Both the position numbers and the translations under genes were made by a program. 64,000 bases of DNA from positions 7,502,001-7,566,000 of the forward strand of contig CP075493.1 in assembly GCA_021613535.1 (NCBI GenBank). Reading direction: 5' to 3'. Within the stretch, counting starts at the first letter, position 1. Every line of letters starts with the position of its first letter. Shown here piece by piece: positions 37,922 to 49,553 of the stretch. The notes under the pieces were generated by a model, which made no database searches, had not been told where the DNA came from, and was given only the letters and a program-made list of their open reading frames with translations. Source of the DNA: Adineta vaga. Lineage: Eukaryota; Animalia; Rotifera.

Positions 37922-40088
37922 ATGACGGAGTCGCAAAATGATGATGAATTAATAGCGAACTATCAAGCACAAGTAAGAATATTTGGTAAAATTATATGTC
38001 ATTAAAAGATATTTCTATTCATTTTTTAGTTAAAACATGTTGAAGATGTCATTTTACAGCAAGAAGAAGAACAGGGAGTTGCAAGTTCAGAATTAAGACA
38101 ATTACGTTCAGATCTTCGTGAAGCTCTTGCTCTATTTAAAGTGACTAATAGTAATGATAGTAAGAAAGATCTATTCACTTTGTTCATGGCCTGTTTTATA
38201 TTATTTTAGATGAATCAGTAATTGTACTTGATGATTCGGAACCAATACCTTGTGTAACTCTATCATCAGAAACAGATACAAGTGGTGGTGATGATGATGA
38301 TGATGACGAAGACGAAGATGATGAACAAAATCCGATTATCAAAGAAATAGTTGGTACGTATTTATCTTCTTGTGAATGAATGTATACTAATTCGGTGACT
38401 CTTGTTTAGGTACAAATTGTAGTATCAAAATCAATTGTCCTGTTAGCGGCTTACAACGACATAATGCCGTTGTACTTGGCATTGAATCTATAGCAAATAA
38501 TACCGTATGTGTTTACTTGTCTATCTTGCCTTTCGAAACGTTCTATCTTAATTTATTTTAGGTGCGTGTTTTGTTTTGTCAACCTACTCGTCTTGATTTT
38601 AAACCATGTTCACATTTCCTTCAAAATACTTGCCGTTTTGGTGATAATTGCAGGTATGAATTACAAATTATATTTTCTGATTATCAGATCTTATCTATAT
38701 CTTTATTTAGATATTCTCATGGTTTTGTTGTTCCTGTGGATGATCTCCTTGAATATGTTGAACCAAATTATGAGTAAGATCAGCTATTTTAGAATATGTT
38801 ATATCATAGATTATTTTTCTTTCATTGAAGTACTCTTGCCGTCGGTCAAAATGTTTCATGTAAACATGGTACCGATGGTTTATGGAAAGCTGGAGTTATT
38901 GAAAGTGTTGAAAATGATAATCAACAATGCGTTGTACGTTTTACACATTTCAATGCTTTAGAAGCGATACCATTTGAATCTCTTATGACGACAAGTAAAA
39001 CATCATCATTACACTTTCAAAAGAGATACTTCTGTCTTTGTTTTTAGATACTTTTGTACAAACCGAAATCAATAGCGATAATGATGATGCCAATGATGAA
39101 GTTTCTAGTCCAATTGATGACATGCCACGTACATCTAGTGATCAACCAAGATTAGGAAATTTGGGTGTTTGGGAAAAACATACTAAAGTAAGTAATAATC
39201 TCATTTATGATTGCATTATGAGAAATAATATAAGAAGAGAACTGTATCGTTCATGTAGATATTTGTAATTCGATTTTATTGTAGGGTATCGGTTCCAAAC
39301 TACTTGCTAAGATGGGTTATAAAGCAGGACAAGGTCTTGGTCGACAAAATCAAGGTTTAGTCAATCCAATTGAAGCTCATGTTTTTCCCAAAGGTAATTG
39401 ACAAATCTACTCTAACTTTATTTTACATTTTCTTTTGATCAAATAGGCAAATCCTTAGATACTGTACTCGAATTGAAAAAGAAGAAGAAACTAACCAATG
39501 CATTTAAACTAGCCAAACAACATAGAAAATCTACAACTGCAAAACAAAAAAATTTGCCGAAACAAAAGGATGTTTTTACATTTCTTGATAGAGTATTTAC
39601 ATCCGAAATGAATTCAAGTTTGTTATCTCCATAACGATCCATTTGACTAACTAACTAACAAACAGTATACTCTTTAGGTAATCAAGAGCCTACACCATCA
39701 CCGTTAGATCGATTTAAAGATAAACGGACAACTGTTGATCAAACTTCTTTACTCTTTCATACCGAAGTAAGATTTTCTTTAAATAAAATTGTGTTTCATC
39801 AAACATTTCTAGATCGGTCGACGTAATGATGAAATGCGAGCACTCGAACGTGAAATTCGTGAATTGGAAGAACGATTAAAATACAATGAATTGCGGTAAA
39901 CTAATTCTTGCGTCATAGATATTGAAAATTCATCATTCTCTTCTTCTAGTGGTGCATCAACTGTAGCCGTAAATATTAAACAACGAATATTGGCAAAAAA
40001 AACACGCTATAATAAATTAAAACATATTGAAAATGATCTTCAATCTAAACGAGAACAGATTCGAACAAAAAAACTCGATCTTTTTTAA
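37922..40088 (+). CDS. ZGPAT: Zinc finger CCCH-type with G-patch domain protein
   Basis: [35 protein letters not shown] (CCCH), a Tudor-like segment (DGLWKAGVI), and G-patch [35 protein letters not shown]; C-terminal coiled coil ending KLDLF. Confidence 0.92.
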
Positions 40089-40177
40089 ATATAAAATAAT
40101 ATTTTCTTTTGTACAAAGCAAATGTATGATTATTACATTTACGAATTTCAGATTTCTTTTCAGAAGAAAAACAAACC

Positions 40178-41173
40178 ATGCCATCAGTTAGTCAATCTCG
40201 TACGAATACACGTGCTGAAGAAGTTGCACGAAAATTGAAAGGAATCGAACGGTATGTATTATCTAAGGAAAGAAAATTTCTCAAGATAGAAAGTTTGTAT
40301 TTGATTAGATATAATCCAAATTGTCGACAAATGCTTGAAGAGTATGTTCAATATCAAATTGAAAATAATTTTTATGACTTTGATGCTAACATGGCTTTAT
40401 TAAAAATGTATCAATTTGATCCGGTCAATTTTCAAGCTGATAAGGTTGCAGATATTCTTCTTTTGGCATTAACAAATTTACCAAAATCGGACTTTTTACT
40501 CTGCAAATATTTATTGGATTCACAAAAAGTATTTGTTATGAAGTTTATCTTAAGATTAATTTTCTTTTTGTTTCCTAGTGTCAAGAAAGTCCACGTATTG
40601 TAGAAGCGTTACAATTCTCGGAATTACTTGAATCATGTCGATTTCAAGAATTTTGGGTAAGTTCATATGTACTTATCAGATTTCTATTTGAAGATCAATT
40701 AATTGTACTTTCAGGAGCAATTAGAACGTACAACAGTTAAAATTCCAGGTTTTGAAAATCGTATTCGAGAATGTATGTATTTCTAAATAGTTACCTTTCA
40801 CTTTCATGATCTTTTTCGCTTTTGATTTCAGTCATCTGTCAAACAATCAATCGAACATATCAAACGATTAGTCGTCAGGAATTACAATTAGCATTAGGTC
40901 GTCTTTCAAGTAAGTATTACCATGATATTTTAGAACGAAAAACTAAACTTTTATGTTTGTAGCAAATGAATTTGATGCATTAATCAAAACTCGTGGTTGG
41001 AAAGTAGCTTCTGATGATGCTAATTATATTTGGATTGCTAATCATGAAGAAAATATCAAATCCCGAAATATAGTCGAAAAGATTAAATTCGAACGTAAGT
41101 CTTTGAAAGAAACATATTCAGTTTCCAATTGATTATTTTTCTAGATGTCTCGAAAGTGATGAATATCGCTTAG
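40178..41173 (+). CDS. EIF3K: Eukaryotic translation initiation factor 3 subunit K
   Basis: LKGIERYNP...YDFDANMALLKMYQFDP...ILLLALTNLPKSDFLLCKYLL...LLESCRFQEFW...IPGFENRIR...NHEENIKSRNIVEKIKF. Confidence 0.94.
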
Positions 41174-41264
41174 ATGTGCGCGCCATGATTGAAGATCCTT
41201 TTTGCTGTCTTTCTTTTGCTCTTTTTATTTTAACATAAAGAAAAGAAGACATTGAGAATAGATG

Positions 41265-43760
41265 TTATCTAATCATTCGTAAACGAAAACATTGAATGAA
41301 ATAACGTAAATGATGGGATAAACGTGCTCGTATGAAGAGATTTTGTTGATGATGAAGAAAATTTGGTATAACGATGGAATATGAATGTAAACAGAGAGGA
41401 ACAGTACGAACTTTAGCTTGACGTACACCGAGCTTTTTTAATGTTGCAAATTGTAATTTCTAAAAAAAAAATATGGAATTTATTTAGTTAAGAAAAACAC
41501 TATTCTCCAATTTTACTTGAGGTGCTAATTTAGCATAATGAGAATATTTGTGATCACCTAACAGAGGTGTACCTAGTGCATGTGCTAAATGCGTACGAAT
41601 TTGATGTTTAACACCTAAAATATATAACAATATATGTTTTACAACACATCTCCATTTAATCATTTAAAAAAAGAGTAATCTCAATTCATGACTTGCTTCT
41701 GTTTTTCTTTACAAGTATTACTTGACATAGTGAATAAATCTGTGAGTAATACCTGTTATTGGTTGACATTCAACTAAAGAAACACCATAATTAGAATCCA
41801 AAACACGATATTTTGTTATTGCATTTGAACTATTGATATGACTTCGTTTTGTTTTTGGCAAAACTAATTTTGTTAAATCATTATATTCAGGTGAAAGCAT
41901 CATTTTATATGTTCCACGTACATTTCTCTCCATGATAGGTATTTTAATTTCACCTATGAATCAATATGATTTCAATCAAAAATAATCAATAGGAATATTT
42001 ACCTTCTGATGGATGTGGTTTTCCACGAACGATTGCTAAGTATTGCTTAGTGATCTTATGTTCTAGCATAAGTTCACGCAAACGTTTTTCAGCATCAGGC
42101 GTACTTAAACAAGAATAAAGTTATGAAAAATTGCGATCGATAAAGACTTACTAAGCCATTAGAAGAACACCAGTAGATTGCTTATCGAGTCGATGTAATA
42201 AATGAAGTTGTTTAACATCAGGTCGATTTAAACGTTCAATTATTTGTGGTATGACATGCGCTAAAACAAGATATACGTGTATATTACCAAGAATACGTCA
42301 AAATTTAATCTATTATAATCACAAGCATAAGTCTAAGTTTATTTCAAGATATCGTTATACAATTAGAAACTTCTTCCTATTTACTCACCGATGGATATTT
42401 GAACACCTGGTCCACCTAAAAATTCCACTCGAAAATTAAAACGAATTGTTAATTATCTCTACTTATCTATGGTCGGCAACCCATAAGGTTTATCAAGTGC
42501 AAGAATACCATCTATATAAATTAAAAGGTTAATCTATCTTTCATGCAGTTTGAGTTCTTACGTTGAATAAAGCAGATTTGTTTCATTAGAATATCGACAA
42601 TTTCTGCTTTCGTCATTTTCCACCAATGTGGTACGAGATTTTCAAACGTACGATAACCTAAACTATCTCGATCACTTGTTTTCTTTGTTAATTGTTCACG
42701 AATACGTTCAGCGGGTTCATTTGCATTTTTCGAAGAATCAATTTCGATGTTTTTTTGTATATCAAGCGCTGATTGACGTGGTGGATCAAAATAATCTTTC
42801 GGTTTGATACTACGCATCGTTTCAAGTTTAGGATTGTAAGAATCCATGGGTGATTCATTGAGATCAGATGTCGATTTTGTTGATTTTTGTGGAATAGGTG
42901 TTGCAATTCGAAATTGAAAATTGATATCAAGAAGTTTATCGGATGAAGTTGTTGTTGTTGTTGTTGATGAAGAATCAGTAGGTTTTGTTTGTTTTGGAGG
43001 AATAACATCCTGTTTTGAAGTTATAGTTTCAGATGGACTGAAAACAAGTTGATCGATATAATTAAGTTCATCTGCAGATGGCATTTCAATTCGTTTTGTT
43101 GATATCGATTTTGTATTTTGTTTATTTTCATATTTTATTTCTTTTAATGTACCGAAATATTGTTCATCAATAGGATTTAACTCTTCAGTTTTCAATTGTT
43201 CAATTGTTTCTTGTTGCAATGACTGTTGTTTAATTTTCGATGATTTTTTCGTTGTTAATTCAGGAAAAGCTAATTGATCGATATAATTATCTGTTGTATC
43301 TTCTGTTGTATCTTCTTTTGGAGCAGAAAGGTTTTCTTCAAATTTCAAATTTCGATAATGAGCATTGATTAAACCATAGAAATCAATATCATGTTCATTC
43401 GAATCAATATCATTGTCAACTAATGACCAAACTTGTGTATCAAATTTTTGATTTTCTTCACTTGTTGGATTATATTGTTTATATAATGATTCAATGAATT
43501 GACGTTGTTCAGATTTCGATGGAAGATCAACACGTACTCGACCAAATGTGGTTTGACGAGTTACATATTTTGCATGCGACGATGGAAGTCGTGTAGGTAA
43601 TTCTTGCTTATCTTTATCTGTCGAAGATGTCGTTTTTTCAATTATGTCATCTAGCATTTTTTGAAAAGAATCTAAAATGTATCGAAGAAATCAATATTTA
43701 TTGATCTATCGGATACATAATCAAACATTTTACTATTGAAAGTTTGAGATTCATTTTCAT
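41265..43760 (-). CDS. RPUSD4: RluA-family pseudouridine synthase, RPUSD4-like, with long N-terminal extension (5' end uncertain)
   Basis: [19 protein letters not shown], catalytic [81 protein letters not shown]. One intron has a non-canonical donor (see findings). Confidence 0.85.
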
Positions 43761-44029
43761 GAATTGAAAAAGTAATTTACTGTCATATCGATTCTTGCCA
43801 TAGATTGAAACAAGTATACAAATAAATACTTTTAACTAACGCTTTTATCTGTGCTATTGATCTCCATGCATATCTCTTTCTAGTCAATCCAAATTAAACA
43901 ACAATACACAACTCATTCTTTCATCTTTATAACAGAATAAGATTTGAAAAAGAACCATACGCCCATAAAAATTTAAACACAAAAATAAATAAATTTATAA
44001 ATATCACAAAAAAAATAAATCACTCATAT

Positions 44030-45889
44030 TTAATTCATTTCATCTTCATTATCACTTTCACTGACAACCAAATTATTCGTTGATCCTTCATTAACCTCAA
44101 CAAACGATAACGAATCGGTGGATATTCCGATTGAACATAGATTAATTGACGAGAATGACGACAAGCAACTGTTGTAAAAAGTAAAGCAGTTAAAAGAACT
44201 AAAATCAAACATCCAATTGCTGAAAAAAACAACAAAATCTATTTCATAGAAATTTCAATCAATAGAATTTACTTAGATATCCCCAACTAGAAACTTTTGT
44301 CGTTGTTTTATTAAGTAATGTATGAATTCTATCGAGCAAATTTTGATTTGAGAAATCTTTAAGAATACTTTTAACATTATCCAATGAACCATTTGTTTGT
44401 CTTGGTTTTAATTGAAGAATATATGACATTAATGGATAATAATCAACACTATGAAATGGTTCTCCGCTGAAATTCGTTTGAAAGGCAGGTCCAAATGCAT
44501 AAAATATTGGATGCATCGACTTTTCTTGATTATCATGACCATGATTACCAAAAAATTTATGAGATCCATCATCATCTGGTGCAATTATTTCCCAACCAAG
44601 TTTACTAACGAGAAAAATATCTGAATAAATACAAAAGTAATTCCATCAACATTGACGTTTGAAAAGATCAATAATTGACTTACCACCAATTCGTACATTT
44701 GATTTATAATGATATTTTTCGGGTATTTGAGATTTTTTGTAAACTTGAAGATTTGGAATAGTTGAGAGATTTTTATAGATTCGATCGATATTTTCCGCTA
44801 TAGAGAAAAAAAACACAATCACATTATCATGTAATAGAATGTTGATTTAAAACAGATTTTACCTGATGGAATAAACATGTTCATGTATGTTCGTGTACCA
44901 TATAATTTATATAAAGATGAATCTATGTAATTTATAAGTTTGATTGTATGATTTTCTTTGATTTCGTGCATTCCATGATCAGCTGTAACAATAACATTTA
45001 AATTTGCTTTTAAATACACATCATCATCAATTATACGTAAGAATTCACGTAGATCATCATCACATCCATGTAGAGTTTGGTTCATTTCATTTGATATTGG
45101 ACCATGAGCATGACCTGAAGAATAATAAAGTTACTTAAGAAATTCTTTTTGATCTTATCTCACCAGTTCTATCAGGTTCACTACAATAGATAGCACCGAA
45201 ATTTATACGAGTTTCAACAGGTTCACGAAACCAATCGAGCATTTGTTGTATGGATGAACGACAAGTTCTAGTTTCATTAAAAAGCAAATATCTAGATGGA
45301 AGGTGACCATTGATAGGTACACTAGATCCTGGCCATGATATCACCCCTGATTTTCGTTGAAGAGAATCATTTGCTAATTGATTACTAATCCATATTGGTT
45401 GAGTTTGTGAATTTTGTGACCTTAATAAAAGATTATATTTCTTGAAAAATTGTTACCGAAAGAATTCTTTCATATCTCTCAGCTCATCAAAGTCGAAACT
45501 GATCATATAGAACAATCTGAAACATACCACCATTTTGTATCATTCAAAGTTGAATAAGCAGCTGTAGCATTTAATTGTGGATCATACATAATATTTCCGA
45601 CAATACCATGTGTTTCTTCATAGAAACCAGTAGCCATTGTAAAATGTGATGGAAATGTTGCAGTAACAAAACTATTTTCAATATAATTCACATGTACACC
45701 TCGTTGAATGATTGAATTAAATGTCGTTAATTGATAAATATCAGGATAATCCCAACGAAATCCATCAAAAGACAATATTAATAATAATGGCGGAGTCAAA
45801 GTAGTTTTATTGAATAGTGTTGAACAAGAAATGAATGAGATTAAAATTATGAAAATATTCAAAGAAAATAGTTTGTTAAAATTGCACAT
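44030..45889 (-). CDS. Ectonucleotide pyrophosphatase/phosphodiesterase ENPP4/5-like, C-terminal TM
   Basis: Signal peptide; LILSFDGFRWDY; catalytic Thr in TATFPSHFTMATG; EPDRTGHAHGP; VIVTADHGM; GNHGHDN..MHPIFYAFGPAF; C-terminal TM. Exact stop is 44035 as sequenced, or 44030 if a 1-nt indel at ~44095 is corrected. Confidence 0.9.
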
Positions 45890-46383
45890 ATTTTGATTAT
45901 ATTTTAATCTAAATTACGAAAAACAAAGTTTATTCATCTAGTTTTTATATAGATCAAAGTGTTAACCAATTGAGTAAGAAAAATGACGAAGATTTTTAAT
46001 TTTTGAAAGTTTTCAGTTGTTCATCGAAATGAAATCATCATCTATACGATCGGCGATAGTGTCTACAGAAAACACATTGAGTTTTCAATAAATCATTCAT
46101 TTACAAGCTTAATCATCATCTCAACCAACAGATGTCAGTAAAAGTTAACTTAAACTTAATTTATTTTATTTGAAATAATTTTTTCAAAAGTGAATTAGAT
46201 ATTTCAAATAAAATTCAGTCGATTAATTTCTAATGAATTTTTATCTTGATTTTCATTGGTTATTAATATACTCTTTGTTTATTTGTTGATTTTTTTTCAA
46301 ACTCTATTATTGCATTGTACTACATTTCAACATAATAATTCATTCCTTTAATATCGATTAGATTTGCCAAGAAGAAAATCATA

Positions 46384-46953
46384 ATGAGTAATGCCGTTGA
46401 AGTCGAAGTACAAGATGAAGATGAAACTATGGATAATGCAAATGATATCATAGTTGGTGATCAAGATGACGATGATGCTGTGAATCAAATCAAATCCAAT
46501 GCACGTCATCGAAAAGGTCGTGGTTTCAACGAACAAAATGATCGATTAGCAATGCAAACAGGTGATTATGATACGGTTGCCAATGATAGTGATAGTGAAA
46601 ATCCTGGTCCAGCAAGATCTGTTGAAGGATGGATTTTATTTGTTACAAATGTTCATGAAGAAGCTCAAGAAGATATTATGCATGATCTTTTTCGTGAATA
46701 CGGTAATTTAAAAAATATGCACTTGAATTTGGATCGACGTACTGGCTATGCGAAAGGATATGCACTTGTAGAATATGAAACATTTAAAGAAGCTAAAGAA
46801 GCTTTAGAGGGAATTAATGGACAAGATTTACTCGGTCATATACTTCATGTTGATTGGGCATTTGTTAAAGGACCATTGAAACGTGATACGGGTAAGAGTG
46901 GTTCGCGTAAAACAACAGCTGGAACTGGACGAACGACCTATCAACGACGTTAA
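46384..46953 (+). CDS. RBM8A: RNA-binding protein 8A / Y14 (tsunagi), exon junction complex; intronless CDS
   Basis: RKGRGF, PGPARSVEGWILFVTNVHEEAQE, LNLDRRTGYAKGYALVEYETFKEA, VDWAFVKGP. Confidence 0.96.
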   Translation: MSNAVEVEVQDEDETMDNANDIIVGDQDDDDAVNQIKSNARHRKGRGFNEQNDRLAMQTGDYDTVANDSDSENPGPARSVEGWILFVTNVHEEAQEDIMHDLFREYGNLKNMHLNLDRRTGYAKGYALVEYETFKEAKEALEGINGQDLLGHILHVDWAFVKGPLKRDTGKSGSRKTTAGTGRTTYQRR

Positions 46954-47295
46954 ATGGAATGAAGGGGAAAAAAGCAAAACAATTTTCTTAGAAATTTTGT
47001 TGTTTGTTATTGTTTGTCATTATTTGTTTTTCTTTTTCTGTTGTCTTCTTGCAAAATTTGAACTGAACAAATAAGAAGATGTCTCGTTTTCTTACTCATC
47101 TTTTTGTTTTTTACTTTTTCAATTACTGGTGGATGACATGAATGAATTCTTTCGAAGCTTGGAAAGAAAAATACTACTTCTTCTCCATTTAATCGATAAG
47201 AGAGTGAAAATTATAAATCAGTTCTGAGAAAAAAAAACTCCTTCCAAACATCTGTTTATTCATTCTAGATAAAACAATAAAAGAAGAAATTCATC

Positions 47296-48103
47296 ATGGC
47301 TGTTCGTACACAATTTGAAAGTAGCAATGATATTGGTGTATTTGCACGTATAACAAACGCTTATTGCCTTGTTGGTATCGGTGGTTCAGAAAATTTCTAT
47401 TCAACATTTGAAAGTGAACTTAGTGAGCATATTCCAGTTATTCATTCATCGATTGGTAAAAAGTTTTTTTGTTTAAATTGAACTTTGAAATTGAATTTTC
47501 ATTTCTATAGGTGATTGTCGTATTGTTGGTCGATTGACCGTTGGTAATCGACATGGTCTTCTCGTTCCATCATCTACAACTGATCAAGAATTACAACATA
47601 TTCGTAATTCTTTACCAGATAATGTTCGTTTACGTCGGTGTGAAGAACGTTTATCTGCATTGGGAAATGTTATTGCTTGCAATGATTATGTTGCTTTAAT
47701 ACATCCAGATTTAGATAAAGAAACAGAACAGATTTTAACTGATACACTGAATGTTGAATGTTTTCGACAAACAATTGCTGATCGTGTACTTGTTGGCAGT
47801 TATTCATTATTTACAAATCAAGGTGGACTCGTACATCCAAAAACATCGGTTCAAGAACAAGAAGAATTATCATCGTTATTACAAGTACCACTTGTTGCTG
47901 GAACAGTTAATCGTGGTAGTGATGTTATTGGTGCTGGACTTCTAGCTAATGATTGGATGGGTTTTTGTGGTTTGGATACAACTGCTCATGAAATCAGCGT
48001 GATTGAAAGTGTATTTAAATTAGGACAACATAATTTAACTGGTGCAACAACAACAGGAAATACCAAAACAATTAAAGATGCACTCGTCGATGCACTTACA
48101 TAA
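47296..48103 (+). CDS. EIF6: Eukaryotic translation initiation factor 6 (one intron ~47456-47510)
   Basis: [16 protein letters not shown]...GGSENFYS...[16 protein letters not shown]...[15 protein letters not shown]...[13 protein letters not shown]...[16 protein letters not shown]. Confidence 0.97.
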
Positions 48104-48232
48104 TACTAATAAAAGAAAACAAAATGTTTTTCTCTTTTTCTATATGCTTTGTTTTGTTTTGAAAACATATAGATAAACTTCAGTGAAATATTCTATTTCT
48201 TTTCAGATATATTTATATAGATCATCATCAGC

Positions 48233-48853
48233 GTGGCGAAAACATCTCAAGTTATTCTTCAATGTAGTCGATCTGGTCGATGGATACTTCTTTTCTATAG
48301 TCATGGAATATTTTATGTTTTAGCATCGATAAAATCGATCAATCCATTGATTTATCTTTTACTGCTCTGGTTTTTTCTTCAATATCAATTAGCTATTTAT
48401 CTTGTTTCAGCTGTTCGTCCATCATCGACAGATTCCACTAGTAAATGTCCGATATGTTTAGTACATTTTTCCGAGCGTTTTCATCATTGTTTTCTTGTCA
48501 ATCGTTGTGTAGCACTATGTAATGTTCATTGTTTTCTTTCATTTACATTCTATGCAACAATTGCAACATTAATTTGTTTTTTTATATTTTTTAATCAATT
48601 CTTTTCTGTTACACCGATTAGTTCTTATTGTCTATTACCATTGGGAGAATTTTTCTGTCAAAATTTAACCTGGAAACAAAGTGGACTAGTCATGTTAACA
48701 CGATCAACATTAATCGCAGCTGGTTGTGCAGGAGCTATGGGTCTTCATGTTGCAAAAGAATTTTATTTTGATAAAACAGATCGATCACGGACAATTCGAT
48801 GGGAAATTATGAAGATTTTACTACCAGTATTAAGTGTAATTCGATTCAATTAG
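48233..48853 (+). CDS. DHHC-CRD palmitoyltransferase-like membrane protein with FHHC variant; no in-frame ATG at the 5' end
   Basis: Two TMs, then CPICLVHFSERFHHCFLVNRCVALCNVHCFLSF (CxxC...R[D>F]HHC....CV...N...F pattern), then further TMs. Confidence 0.7.
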   Translation: MAKTSQVILQCSRSGRWILLFYSHGIFYVLASIKSINPLIYLLLLWFFLQYQLAIYLVSAVRPSSTDSTSKCPICLVHFSERFHHCFLVNRCVALCNVHCFLSFTFYATIATLICFFIFFNQFFSVTPISSYCLLPLGEFFCQNLTWKQSGLVMLTRSTLIAAGCAGAMGLHVAKEFYFDKTDRSRTIRWEIMKILLPVLSVIRFN

Positions 48854-49080
48854 ATTATTTTGTGATAGAATGTACACATGTAAATAATCGATTTTTGTTT
48901 AAAGAAAAGAAGTTATGTTTTTGAATAAATATTGAAGGAAAAGATCCAATTGGATACTTTTTCTGATTTCTTTTCTCGAATAATTAGACAGTTAAAACCG
49001 TCCTTGATAGGTTATCTATCGAATTACTCAATTATTCGAGACTCTTCCTTTTCAATCATTTCTCTCTTCATTACTAGTCG

Positions 49081-49112
<32 letters not shown>

Positions 49113-49553
49113 ATAAGTATCTCTGAATAAAAGTGTTTTGTTTACTCATTTCTATTTTAAGACAATAACGAAGATGCATGTGCACAATCGATCCATTTGT
49201 ACGAACATTGATCATGACTTTCATTCGCTCAGTCTTTTTTCCTTTTTCTCCTTCTTCTTCTTCTTTTCTATTGTGATTGTAAATGAGTGTTATTTTAAAA
49301 AAAAGAGGTGTGCATATTAGTTCGTTTATATAAGTATATGATTGCACAAAAACAATACCCATTGTATTTTTAATTGCGCCTTGGTACGTAAAACGACAAC
49401 ACGACAAAAATATCTCCCTTCTATTTGTATTAACTAATGTCTTCGATAATAAAAAAAAGTGTTTATAAACGACGAACTAGTCTCAATGTTTTACATTATG
49501 TTAAGTCTTTTCAAGAAAAATATATTCTTCATCAATTTTGGATAGATTCATCA

